Shown here piece after piece: positions 38,238 through 50,811 of a DNA stretch of 64,000 bases; within the stretch, counting starts at the first letter, position 1; the number at the start of each line of letters is the position of its first letter. The notes below the pieces were generated by a model, which was given only the letters and a program-made list of their open reading frames with translations, ran no database searches and had not been told where the DNA came from. The stretch is from Adineta vaga (lineage: Eukaryota > Animalia > Rotifera). Location: the NCBI GenBank assembly GCA_021613535.1, contig CP075492.1, positions 18,538,001 through 18,602,000 on the forward strand, in the 5' to 3' direction. The position numbers were made by a program, and so were the translations under genes.

Positions 38238-39616
38238 CAAGGGGGAAACGGCGGATTTCGTACTCCGGGATTCTTTTGATTTCAGTTGTACCCCAGAGAT
38301 TGCAAAAAGCGTTTCAATGACTTATATTATATTCCTTAATGTTCTATTTGTATTCATAGATGTACCCTATCTCTTCTCAAAATATTGTGTAACTTTAAAA
38401 ACGTCTCATGCACTAAATGGTCAGCAGTAAAATATGAAAATTTTAGAATAGAAAAAAAAACAATTATTTGCCGTCAGAAGGGTAGCCGCGTCAGATAAGA
38501 ATATGGGTGTCAACACAACTGAGATAATAGAAGAAATTTAGTGTACTTGTATTTTATTAACAAAAAAAACAATAGAAAAGAACAAACTATAACATGAAAA
38601 AAACATAACAGTAACTATTAACTATATCTAAAATACTGCTTCTTTCAATCTTTTTCTTACCGTCAATTTCAATACGAAAGAAAGAGTTAGCTAATGAAGG
38701 CGAGATAGAATCAAATATTCTCATTCCATTAAATTCGGATTTATCACTTGCCGAAACTGAAACTAAATCGTCTTCGTCATCAGACGAATCTTGTTCTTGC
38801 AAATTCATTAACCAACTAACATCAGACTGATCATGGTTTGATTCATCATATTCATCTACTTCATATTCAACTTCTTTAAATTTCTTTTCAAATTCAGCGC
38901 GTTGAAACGAACTGACTTGATTAATATTACTTTTTTTCTTTTTCTGTAGAGTAATATTGATATTAACTTTTGAGAGAAGTCTATAAGCATAATCAAACGC
39001 TTGGTAATAATTTTTCGTATACTATCATGAGAAAGATTCGTAGCTAACGAATCAGAAACTAATTTTTTCATAACAGCAAGTTTCGCCGCCGCTTATGATG
39101 TTTTGGAAATCGAAAGCAAACTATGAGCTTTCAATTCGATAGAAAAATGTGCTGGTAAAGTAATAAACAAATTCTTTCTGTCTTTCTCGTAGTAGTATCC
39201 TAATATATCCTTCTTATCGACTATATGAAGCCACATGTACCAGATTCGGCACAAAAACACGGCAAACCAGCTATGATAAATACGCTTAAGAATTGGTGTA
39301 CTATGATCAACATAGGCTGCAATGATCCTACGCAACAGACATAAATAAATTCGTGTAGATTGAGATTCATGAATATCTTCGAGAGCTAAAAGTGTATCGT
39401 CACTCGCAATCTTCAAACATGATGTAAAATTTTAACGATCTTTAGGCTCTATATCTGTTTTAACAAGTCCATGAACAAATTTTATTTTAGTTTGAATTAG
39501 TTCTATTAATTTACTCATAGAAACTTCTTCGTTTCCAATTAAAAGTGTAGCTGTTTCGGATAACATACGATTACGAATCTTTGTACACAAGTGTATAGGA
39601 TCCTGAAAACAGAAAA
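38238..39616 (-). mobile_element. P-element/THAP9-like transposon relic (one TIR plus 3' part of transposase)
   Basis: Terminus CAAGGGGGAAACGGCGG at 38238. Frameshifted reading frame with QDPIHLCTKIRN (DxxH..K.RN motif), KDR*NF and WFAVFLCRIW. Confidence 0.72.
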
Positions 39617-39673
39617 AGGGTGTGGATGTGGGTGTATTGGTCTTCTCTTTGCATTACCTATGCCCACCCTCAA
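39617..39673. repeat. Telomeric-repeat hairpin element at the transposase breakpoint
   Basis: AGGGTGTGGATGTGGGTGT-attggtcttctctttgcatt-ACCTATGCCCACCCTCAA. Confidence 0.82.
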
Positions 39674-40496
39674 ATTCACGATTCTACCACTCATTTTTAC
39701 AAAACGTACTTCTTATTATAAAGCAGTGTTTTTTGCGCATGAAAAATATTATTCTATGAATACTAGAGTGATCTACCACTGTGAGAATAGTTCAGTTGAG
39801 TAATTATTTATTAATAATAAATATGTCTAGTATATCTGAAAAGAGATTATTCGAATGTAAATGAATAACTCCACTGGGGAGCTATTCATTCATAGTAAAT
39901 ATGGTTTCGGTGCGCATGAAAAAAGTTTGCCAATGTTAAATATATGGTACGGTGATCAGTTGTAATGTGGGTTATAGCTATGTAATTATAAGATAATTTC
40001 ATGAATTCTGTTTGGATCGAGGTATAAGTCTAAATGACGAAAGAGCCCGATATAGAGCCAACACAAACACACCCGTCAAAGGCAGCTCATATTTTATATT
40101 TAATTTATTTTGCCGTGAAAGCGTTATGTACATAACCAAAAATGTTCCAAATTAGGATCCTTTATGAATTTAACTCGACAACCTTTGAAACTGACATAAT
40201 TGCACTAAGATCAAAGCATATTCAAGAAAAATAAAATAACTTAAAGTTGATTTAGTTGATCAAGCATTTTAACGGATGTCTATGATTACATATGCGCACT
40301 TGTGAGTCAATTATTTTTTTATGAATACATTTTTAATGGGCGAAATTATTTCTTTCTCAGAATATCGTTATTAAAAGAGTCTTACCTCGTTAATTGATAG
40401 CAAGAGACCATGAGAACCAAATGTATAAATATTCAAGTATTAACAATACATTTATACTAAAACATTCACATCAAATTCAATTTACAGTACACAACG

Positions 40497-40827
40497 ATGC
40501 GTGCTATTGCTTGCTTTCTTTTTCTTGTCATGTTGTCGACCGTCGTTCTCATAAGTAAGTATCAATGTAAAGAAAATTTTAAATTCAGTACTCTTTCTCT
40601 ATTATTGTATCGATCTAGATGTGGTCAATGCAGGTAGTTGTCATCAACAAGACTATATCAAATGTGTGGTTGACTGTTTTCCGAAAGGAGTCGGTATTTG
40701 CCTCAGTGGTAGCGATGGACAAATGAGTTGTAAATGCGTTGGTAAGAGTCTATTTTAATAGTACAAATATATTCACGTGTACCGATTCATTTATTGTATT
40801 TTAATTTTAGGTGGTGGTAGAAAATGA
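40497..40827 (+). CDS. Secreted CSab defensin-like peptide (65 aa); exons 40497-40554, 40619-40741, 40811-40827
   Basis: MRAIACFLFLVMLSTVVLINVVNA-GSCHQQDYIKCVVDCFPKGVGICLSGSDGQMSCKCVGGGRK*. Two canonical phase-1 introns; AATAAA about 80 bp downstream. Confidence 0.85.
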
Positions 40828-41492
40828 TCTAGCCATACTCGTTTTTGCATCGTCAAAAGAAAATTCATTTAACTTATCATTTTAATATTCTTGCTTTCAT
40901 CTATTCTCAATAAAATATACATTGATTTAAGACTCGATACATATCGATAATCATAAAGTGACAATTTCTCGCAGAAAGATTTTAATACTCGAAGCGAGAT
41001 ATGACAGATCCATTTTTACATGCCAAAAAGCATCTTTCTCGTTCTATGATAGTCCCTCGTCTCAAAAATGCCTTGTAGGTAGGTGTAAATGAGTGCGGAT
41101 ATTATATTCTCACTATCCTGCCAGCAGAAAAATAAGATAAATTTCGGATTTTAATTTTATAGCTCAGTTCTCCTTTGCGATTAAAAAAAACAAAAACAAT
41201 AATGATTATTTAATAACAAATAATAAAGTTAACCTCAGATGCAGTTCTTCATCCTCGATTACCTTCAGTCAAGTTTTATACGAAAAAATTATGTTCACTA
41301 TCATTGCCTTTTCACCCGTTGAATATTTACTGTATTCGACTTCGCTTAAGTCGATAAACTATAAGTCACAAAAATTGAGGAAATGAAATAAAATAGAAAA
41401 ATGTATATATAACCATCGACTGTTGGAGACATCCACACATCCAGAGAATAATGCAATAATGAGACAAGCTATGCTAGAACAAGCAGAATATC

Positions 41493-41548
41493 TGAGTGTG
41501 GGTGAAGGTGTGGATGTGCATGTCCAATTGCCCCACACCCACACCCAA
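41493..41548. repeat. Telomeric-repeat hairpin element (degenerate copies nearby at about 41428 and 41621)
   Basis: TGAGTGTGGGTGAAGGTGTGGATGTG-catgtccaattg-CCCCACACCCACACCCAA. Confidence 0.8.
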
Positions 41549-42728
41549 CGTATCCAGAATCGACTTTCTCACTTATATATTCCCAAAGACAAGCTAAAAA
41601 TAATGAATTAGCATTGATTAATGGGCGTGGATGTGTTAATGTTTGATTGAATATCCATATACAGACATCCAAAATGCTTTCTTACTAATCATTTTTGTTA
41701 GTTTCTAATTATTACGTATCAAGTATGAAATGAACATTACAGTATCGAAATTCACGGCCAGATGCTCCTTGTTCTCCACCATCAGATTCCTGTTCGATTT
41801 CTACAATAGAAATATTCTCACCACACGTAGCTAGCAAAAAAGAAAAAGCTAATGGATGGTATGAGAGAGCATCTGAAAGGGTAAATAACCGCTACAATAT
41901 GTTCTATGACTTCTGGGGAGAAAGCCAGCATGTATTGCGTTTTTGTATAGTGGAGAAATTCATGATCTATAGAAAGAAAAATGTTTGTTTTTTACGCTCT
42001 TTCGCGTGCGTTGAGAAATTACACACTCACTACAAATTTTGCCACGTGTTTTTTTACAACAATAGTATTTGAATTTTTCTATATCGGTAGCTTTTTCTCC
42101 AATGAAGTGGTGTTGCTGCTGGTGGTGTTGCAAACCTGAGACTTGTATAATTGATCCAAATCGTAAATTCACTACAATCAACAATATTTTGTGCGCGCCA
42201 CACAATGATAATGATAATTTGCATCCGACTGACGAGACGCAGTCACATCGCGAATCAGTATTTGTCCAACGAGACAATAAAATTGATTCTAGCACGGATG
42301 ATCCTTCACTATTCATCACAAATCATGGAGATAAATCCATGATCTCTCTCAATAGTAAGTTTTCACATCTGATAGATCAAATTAGCGAAGCAAAAAGCAT
42401 GGATCATCATCCATCAGAACATTATCTTGTCCCTAATGAGTTTACTACTCCCTAGCTGCATTTGATCAGAAGAGACGAAGACACTGGAATGGTGGTCACA
42501 TATCCCAAAATTGGGCGATACATCTACATCTTCCTGAGGAGATGTCGCATCTCCCGCATGAGACGTTTCATCCTTTTGAAAGATGGAAGATGTACATCCC
42601 CGACTAAAAGTGTGATAGCTCTCGCGGGAAATGTGACACTGTTGTTAACAGTGGTTTTATGAAAAAACTGTATGCCTTCATGATAAAATGAGCTGTTTGA
42701 ATTTAACTCATTTCTCTTGTGTTGATTA

Positions 42729-45241
42729 TTGCAAGGTATTGAAGATTTGGAATTATCACGAACTATCGGAAAATCGGCACAGTCAGGTGACGACTGTAAA
42801 GATGGAATTCAATGTCGTAATGCTAAGTGTGAATATAATCATCCAACTGAGTGGGATGCCTGCGAGGATGGTGTAGATTGTAAAGCATACTATTGCAGGG
42901 CAAATCATCCATATGGTCGAAGAAATCCATGTCCAAATGGACGTGAATGCCAGGCTTCTACTTGTAATTATCTGCATCCCTTACCAGAGATGGAAGAATG
43001 TCCTACAGGAGCTCGATGTGGTCAGTGTGATAAGGGAAATACATGTAGAAACATCTACTGTAAGTCTTTGCATCCTATCGGATGGAATCCATGTAAAACA
43101 AGTATTAAGTGTACAGATCCAGCTTATTCTTACAAATCTCATCCTACTGATCGCAATTTGTCTACGAATGAAGAAGTCTTTAGTAAAACACCATCAGTAC
43201 CACGACTATTAAAATCTGTAGAACAACGCAATCTTGAACGGGAAAAAGCTCAACTACCTATTCTTACGTGTAAAGACGAATTTTGTCAGCGATTGAAAGA
43301 GGAACGGATACTTGTGGTCATAGCGGAATCTGGCAGCGGTAAAACTACGCAACTGCCACAATATGCAGCTGAATATTTTGGTGGATTGATTGTGTGCACT
43401 CAGCCTCGAGTAGTTGCAGCCACTTCTTTAGCGCATCGTGTTGCCAATGAATATGATGGAACATCGGTAGGTCGATCAGTTGGCTATCGAGTGGGTATAA
43501 CTAATATTATTAGTAGGACCAATCGAGTTCCAGGAACAGATATTCTTTTTATGACCGATGGTGCATTAATACAAGAGAGTACAGAAGACAGACAATTAAC
43601 CGATATTCGAATCTTGATTATCGATGAAGCTCATGAACGTTCGCTGAATACAGACATTGTCATGGGTATTGCAAAACTGTTACTAAAATCACGACCTACG
43701 GATTTCTATGTTGTTATCTCTTCAGCTACCATTAAATGTGACAAATTCCTAGACTTTTTTGAGCGACCTGATGCTAAACCACTGAATGTGCCAGGTCGTG
43801 TTTATGAGGTTGACCTTCATTATCTTCCCCCAAATAATGTTCCTATCGAACAGCATGCCGTCTCTACGTTACAAAGATTATATCATCAAAATGAAGGAAC
43901 TACATTGGTATTTCTTCCTGGACAACGAGAAATTGAACGAGCCATAGAACTTTTTAAACATAATTTACCTGATAATTGTGTTCCCTTGCCATTGTATGCA
44001 GCTCTTTCAGCAGATGAACAAGATCAAGTACTTCAATTCGATGAAGGTCCAAATGGTGAGCGTCGAATGGTCGTTTTCTGTACAAATATTGCTGAAACGT
44101 CGCTGACGATAAAAAATACTCGCCTTGTCATTGATTCTGGGTTATGCAAAGAACCTTTTGTAGACAAGGAAGTTGGTTCAACGATGATAGAAGTAAATAA
44201 AATTTCTAGAGCATCTGCTCATCAGCGTAGAGGCCGAGCGGGTCGAACAGCACCTGGTTGCTGTATTCGACTCTACAATGAACAGGAACTGATCCGTCCT
44301 GATATTGAACCAGCAATTTTTCGATCCTCACTTAATCTTATTATCCTTCAACTCATTCATTTGCAGTTAAATCCACTGGAATTTCCCTTCATCGATCCAC
44401 CTGATCCAGTTACTATAAAAACGTCGCTTAAGCTTTTGAAAGATCTAGATGCCATTGATGTAAACTATAATATCACTCTACGAGGTGAACTTTTCGTTAA
44501 ACTCAATCTTGATCCTCGTTTCTGTGCCTTTTTGGTTGATACATACATCGATCACGGTCCACTACTTGAGTTAACAACAACCATTACCGCTATTTTAACA
44601 GCCCCCGGTTCCTTGTTTTTAATACCTACTAATGACGAAGAAAAAGCTATAATTCAAAATCGTGTTGCTAGCGGCGCTCAGAAATATAATAGCGATTTGT
44701 TTTATTTTGCCTCTATCTACAAACAATGGTGCAATGCAGGTGAGAACATCGATCTGGTTACACGCAAATGTCGGGTATGCCACATGTCTGGGATAGAGGA
44801 AATATCTGTCGATCTTGTCAGGCTGCATATAGTACAACGCATTTACTTAACAACAAGATTCTGATTACTGTAGAAAGTGTGTACAATGCCTCGATTGAAA
44901 CAATTAAAAAGCCACGTTGGCAACTCAATCCTCGTTTGGTGCCACAGGCAAATGAGAGTGATATCATTGGTAGTAATTTATACAAGTATTTTCCTGAATA
45001 CTGTGGATATTTAATCTCACCATCCTGGCCTAGTAATGGTGTAAAGATGCGGGCAAGTAAGATTAAGGCACATATAGTTGATACTAGTGCTTTTATCCGA
45101 TCATCAGTTGATCACCATTATTTTATCGCAATGTCAATCATAAAACTATCTTGGGGTAAGTATTTGATTGATCGGTTGCATCCATGTCGTCCCCCTGAAG
45201 ATCTTGACCTAGAGGACGACGAGGATTATGACAGTATATGA
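42729..45241 (+). pseudogene. DEAH/RHA RNA helicase with N-terminal tandem CCCH zinc fingers; frameshift near 44780, 5' end decayed
   Basis: GSGKTTQLPQY, TQPR, DEAH, SAT, TNIAETSLTI and QRRGRAGR motifs; repeats C-x5-C-x4-C-x3-H. C-terminus continues in the 44768-45241 frame. Confidence 0.85.
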
Positions 45242-45962
45242 AACTGCAGATAAACTTGCTTGGATTTTTATGGCCAGTTTTATCAAAATTCCTGTATATC
45301 ATCGAGAGAATTTATTGAAATAAAAATTTTTGTGTAAAATTCTCTGAATCTTAAACAGGTTCCCGTTTCGGTTCCTTAGTTTTACAAATGATTCCAACAT
45401 GCTTCATATGAATGTATTGTTTCACAATTTAAGAATAGCAAAAAGCCTTGAATTGTCTTCACTTCTATGTTTCCACTGATGATGACACTACCAGAAAAAT
45501 GGGATTACATGATCTTCTCATGTTACGATATGATATAACAAACTCATAATAGTTATGAAAAGATAAATATTTTTGAGTAGCTTTGATTTCAAACAGCTAA
45601 ACATATACCGATTGCCAACTATTTCATTTGTTATAAATTTCCAAAATAATTTAAAATATTTTCGGAAGAATTTAGAAATTATGAAACATATCTTCGAGAT
45701 TTTCATTGACTGATACTCATACGCAGCCGTCAATATTATGATTCAAGAAATAAAAAGATGATTATTTTTCAATTTTAAATATGTGTTGCAAGCGCTTGTT
45801 TTTTGACGAACAAAAGCAAAAGAGTATGAAAAATTAATCTAAGATTTCTCGACTTTTTAATCTCAAAATGATAATATCATAGACATTTTGTGAGGAAAGA
45901 TTATATGTCGTACACAGATAAAAAAAGAGTCGAATGATAAACCTTTAAAACGTTTATCAGGA

Positions 45963-46026
45963 AGGATGTGGGTGTGGGTGTGCATGTGGATGAAAGAAGA
46001 TGATATTCAAACCCACACCCACCCCT
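45963..46026. repeat. Telomeric-repeat hairpin element fused to the RPLP0 fragment
   Basis: AGGATGTGGGTGTGGGTGTGCATGTGG-atgaaagaagatgatattcaa-ACCCACACCCACCCCT. Confidence 0.85.
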
Positions 46027-46359
46027 AGTTATGGTCTTATTATTCGTCTAATTTATAGTTCAGGCTCAATTATTAAACTGCCAATACCTGATATAAAACC
46101 ATCTGATTTACGTGCGAAATTTTTACAAGGTATTCAACGTATAGCAGCTTTTTCACTTGGTATAAATTATCCAAATCAAGCTTCAGCACCACATCTTATT
46201 CTTGGTGGATTTAAAAGTTTACGTGCATTAGCTGATGGTACTGATATTGAATTTGAACGAATTAAAACATTCAAAGAAGAAACGAAAAAAGTTACTGAGC
46301 CAGAATCTGATGATGATGATGACGATGATGGTATTGGTGAACTAGATATATTTGGATAA
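46027..46359 (+). pseudogene. RPLP0: 5'-truncated 60S acidic ribosomal protein P0 (uL10)-like fragment
   Basis: SYGL....Y.SGS, DLRAKFLQG, SLGINYPNQASAPH..GGFK and an acidic tail ESDDDDDDDG..LDIFG. N-terminal domain not found upstream. Confidence 0.75.
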
Positions 46360-46452
46360 ATAAAAGACCCAATCATTTTCATTTGTTAATACTATTATCA
46401 TCTGTTTTTTGTTTTTGTAATTGGCATAATAAAAAATATAAATATCATATTA

Positions 46453-47418
46453 TTAACATGTCTGTATTGATTGATACATTTCTGTAATATTTAAATAGAC
46501 ATAATTATTATTGTCACCTGTCACTAATAGTTTTGCATTTGTTAACAGTAATGCTGTCCGACGAATTCTTGGAGGTATTATGTGCGAAGTAGCTGTCCAT
46601 ATTTTTATTATTGGATCAAATAATTCACCACTATTGACATAATCGGTAATATTGAATCCGCCCGTAACGAATGTTTTTCCATCAGGTAAGAGAGTTGCTG
46701 TATGATATTCTTGTGGTGTATTCATACTATTGATTAATATTCATGATCCTACTGATGGATCATACAATTCAGTGCTTTTTAGTCCACCTTCACCATCATT
46801 ACCACCAGTAACTAATACTTTTCCAAGAATTAATCGAATTGTTGTATGAGATTCACGTGCTGTATTCATATTATTAGTGAATGTCCAGATTTCAGTCGAT
46901 GAATTATATAATTCAGCACTTTGCCATTGTGTTTTATTATTACTTACATCCGTCACTAATAATTGTCCATTTAAAATAATACAGTTTCTGTATCATAAAA
47001 TTGTGCATAATTCAAATAACCAGTCATTCTCCAATATCCAGTTGACATATCATATAATTCAGTACTGGTTAATGTGATAGAACCATTATATCCACCAGTA
47101 ATTAAAACATTTCCATTTATTAATACGGATGCTGTATGCGTATCTCGTGAAATATTTATATTACTATTATTTGACCATTCTAAAAAGAATATAATATTAG
47201 ATGAATTTAATCTATCATTTGAAATATACAATTATATAACCTGATTTAGATAGTAGATAATTAAGATTGAAATTTTTTTTTCAATACGATAGTTTTGCTG
47301 ATGCTGCAATTTTACATAATAAAAATAAATTTTGATAAAAATTGTAACATAATTTTTGCATACCTGTTAAACTTAATAAAATAATAGTCAAAGACAAGAT
47401 AACTAATAATCGCATCAT
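46453..47418 (-). pseudogene. Secreted kelch-repeat protein, frameshifted
   Basis: Signal exon MMRLLVILSLTIILLSLT. Kelch repeats (GKVLVTGG..ELYDP) are split over three frames. Confidence 0.8.
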
Positions 47419-47440
47419 AATTATTTCATCGATGTTTTAA

Positions 47441-47509
47441 TTGAGGGTGTGAGTGAGGATGGGTATGAGAGTGTGAGAAGAACAAAGACAAACACATCCA
47501 CACCCTCAA
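47441..47509. repeat. Telomeric-repeat hairpin element with both TTGAGGG ends intact
   Basis: TTGAGGGTGTGAGTGAGGATGGGTATGAGAGTGTG-agaagaacaaagacaa-ACACATCCACACCCTCAA. Confidence 0.88.
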
Positions 47510-48236
47510 ATTAACATGCCGATCGTGGTATTAGGAGTAAAACGTGAAGTTATCGAACTATTGAGTGGATCAATAGCCAAAGAAGGCACATTCGGTAAAG
47601 TAAAATTAGCAGGTGGTGATCCGTCCATTTGTGTAAAGTAATCAAGATAATTAATAATCGTGTAGATGCAGCTTGATGAAAAAAAACATTCGAGTGTTGA
47701 CATGCGTAAACCATAGATAGGCCAACAGCCGACGATAAGACCAGGCAAGACGAGTTCGGGTGGACCGATTCGCATGGATTCATAATAAGCATCCGAAACG
47801 ACGCAATTACATGTGCCGTTGGAAAACTCTCGTGGCACACTGCGCAAAAAATAATTGTTAGAGACATTTCCATATTCCAAGGACCAATCAGTGTTGAAAA
47901 CCGTTGGAACTAAAGCTCCTGCTGACAATTCCGGTGATGAAAGTGAACATGCGCCGAAACTTAACTGGTGTTTGTTCAATAAGTAGTCTGATGATCTCAG
48001 CTGTTTGCGATACGAAAGAAGCTCCAGACAATGCTGTAGAAGTCACTAGCATTGTTTGATTAAAGTTCGATATAGCATTACCGACGATTATCTTGAATTC
48101 TGAACAAAGCCAGCCCATCAATTGATGTTGTTTACTGAGAAGAGGTCGATCAACTTGTACATAACTGTTGACTGTACTACCATAGCCGTAGAGTGACGTG
48201 GTCCATAATGCATTGACAAAGGCACTTGTACATATC
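47506..48236 (-). pseudogene. Truncated paralogue of the 8745-10289 membrane-protein family
   Basis: ICTSAFV..W, WLCS, CNC, GC...GLRMSTLECFFSSSCI, SRFTPNTTI motifs with frameshifts. The stop codon is supplied by the hairpin element. Confidence 0.75.
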
Positions 48237-48837
48237 TAAGTGACAGTTATCATCTGTATTTCTATTGTCTCTTTTATGCAAAAGAAATTAGTTAGAAGAA
48301 GTTTTTGTCTATAACATCTAGTGAAACCACTTTTTGTGAATTTAAGCTATTTAAATTTATTTTCTTGCCCAATAAACTTGAATCAATACACTTTTTTGAT
48401 ACAAAAATCGTTTTAACAAATACATATGCAACAGAATGTAGTAGACGCTTAGGGTAGAAATCCGGAAAAGAAATAAAACACTTTTAACAATAATCTTTCA
48501 AACTCAAGACAAGTGCGTGAAAAAAGTCGGCATTGAAGACATTGGTGATGCGGAAACATATCGACAATTTGAGTACTCGCTTCTACAACAGCGATATTGA
48601 TCGTATCGAGGTTCTCGATGGGCTCTCTCACTACTGGTAGCTTCAACGAAATAAACTTCGAATAAATTTTTTCCGGATTTCTTAACGAAACCAAATAAAG
48701 TCTATAATCGAAAATCATACGTTTTGTGGAAGCTAACATATGCATAGTTCTGTGATTGTGTGGTAGACTCTTCTTTAAGCTTAATGACTTGCTGATAAAG
48801 TTTAGAAAGCTCTTCTTTCTCTTGATAGGCTATAATG

Positions 48838-49810
48838 CACTCTAAAAATAATAGGTACCTTACTGAACTTCAAAGGTTCAGAAGTTCTGCATCGAACTAA
48901 TATAAGTTCGGTAGAGTGAAAAAGGTTCCGTAGTCGCTGATGAAAACTTTTTTAGGTTCAGAAATCCATACATAGTTCTGTAGGTTTTCTACTAAACCCT
49001 CCAAAGGTTCTTTATGCGTCAAACCAAACTACTGATGGTTGTGGATCGTTAATACGGAACTGATGGAGGTTCAGTAGGTGCTCCAAAGGTTCCGTCTACT
49101 TCATACAAAACCTGTGATAGTTCCGTAAACATTTCAAAAGCTTTGTGAGATATCTCCGAAACCGAAGGGGTTTCGTAAATCACCTTATGGTTTTGCATAC
49201 AATATAAAAAAACTAGTCTTAGTTTCGTAGACCACCTTATGGTTTTGCATACAATATAAAAAAACTAGTCTTAGTTTCGTAGACCACCTTAACGTTTTGT
49301 CTATTATCTCCAAAACCAGCGTTCTTTCCGTAATCATCCCAAAGGTTCTGTGGCATATCTACGAAACCATAGGAGGTTTCGTCAAACACCCAAAGGTTTT
49401 GACAACCATCTGCTAAACCTAAGATAGTTTCGCAACGACTCCGGTGGTTTTCCACATGATCTACCAAACCAAGAGTTGTTTCGTAGTATATGATAAGGAT
49501 TTGTATTCTATCCACGAAACCAGGATGAGTTTCATAAAGCGCTCTGAGGATTTGGTACAATATCTGCGAAACCAGTATCAGTTCCATAGACCAGTCTAAG
49601 GATTCGTACATCATCTACAAAGCCAGTGGCAGTTTCGTACACCACTCTGAAGGTATCGTACACTAAATACCGAACTAATGATAGTTCTGTAAACCATCGT
49701 AAGGTATGGTAGATTATCTACGAAACCCGTGGTAGTTTCGTAAACGTTCTAAAGATTCTGTATGCTATGTACGAAACTATTGCGAGTTTTGCTAAATCTT
49801 CCGCAGTTCT
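48838..49810. mobile_element. CACTA/EnSpm-like non-autonomous relic made of degenerate TACGAAACC/GGTTTCGTA repeats
   Basis: Starts CACTCTAAAAA; many GGTTC/GAACC-type units; exact 52-bp tandem duplication at 49181-49284. A second CACTGTAAAAA start at 50400 is followed by similar units. Confidence 0.55.
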
Positions 49811-50811
49811 CATGTGTTTTTTTCCGGTAACTGCTGATTGTTGTCTAGATTTGTTGAAGTTCTAGTGCTCTTCACAGAAGAATATCCCTAAATTTGGTCA
49901 AGTTCAGAAAATCCAGTAGCTTTCTCATGTAAATTCGCATAACCTCGCTAAGTATTGATAGTGTTTGAATACAGCGTATGCAGTATGTATGGCTATGCAA
50001 TATATCAGAAGGTTAACGTTTTTTTCAAATCACGACGGTTAATGGTGAGCCTTCGCGTTGAGTTTTTTAAGAATATATACTTTGTCGACAGCCTAAAAAT
50101 TATATCATGGATTACCAATACCAATAATAATGATGAAAACAAGGAAAGTATCGCTGAAGAATACTGGAATGTTAAATCGTAAGCAACAAAATAAGACGAA
50201 GGAATCAAACTAGATGAAAATCAGGAAAATAATATAGGATTGTGAGGTTCATTTTGAAAATCGGAGAAGTATTTAGTTCAATACAAAGATTGAAATGTCG
50301 TAATATATGGTAGCAAATGGAATTTAGGTTCATACCCACGCTGTAAATAGAAATAATGTGTGTTTGTTACTGTATAAGATAGAAATCAAAGAATCCGTTC
50401 ACTGTAAAAAAAAAATCACTGTTTTATTGAATCTAAAAGTTTTTCTACGCTTTCACCGGACGATTAGCAGTTCAGTAAGAAAAATGAAGGTTTCGCACTT
50501 TTAGCACAAAACCATCTAGAACTCAGAAACTAGAACGAAGCTTTCCCTTGTCTCAAACAGAACGAGATTTAGTTTCGTATACTTGGACGTACTTCAGAAT
50601 ATATTTGTGCACTTGTCAATGGTTCCGTACAAGTGCTGCGAAACGATCAATGGCCTCATAACTATTGTTAAGGTTCAGCGGACCCTCTACGAAACCATTG
50701 ACAGCTGCCACTAGTTCCTTTAGCAAATGGAGAAGACTGAATAAAGATATAGCTCTTTATATCCGTCGACGTCCAGTTTCCAATAGACCGTCAGGTGAGA
50801 CCCTATATATA

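Noticed and set aside
49181-49284. Exact 52-bp tandem duplication as a functional array
   Set aside because: Only two units inside a repeat relic; slippage or an assembly artefact is sufficient.
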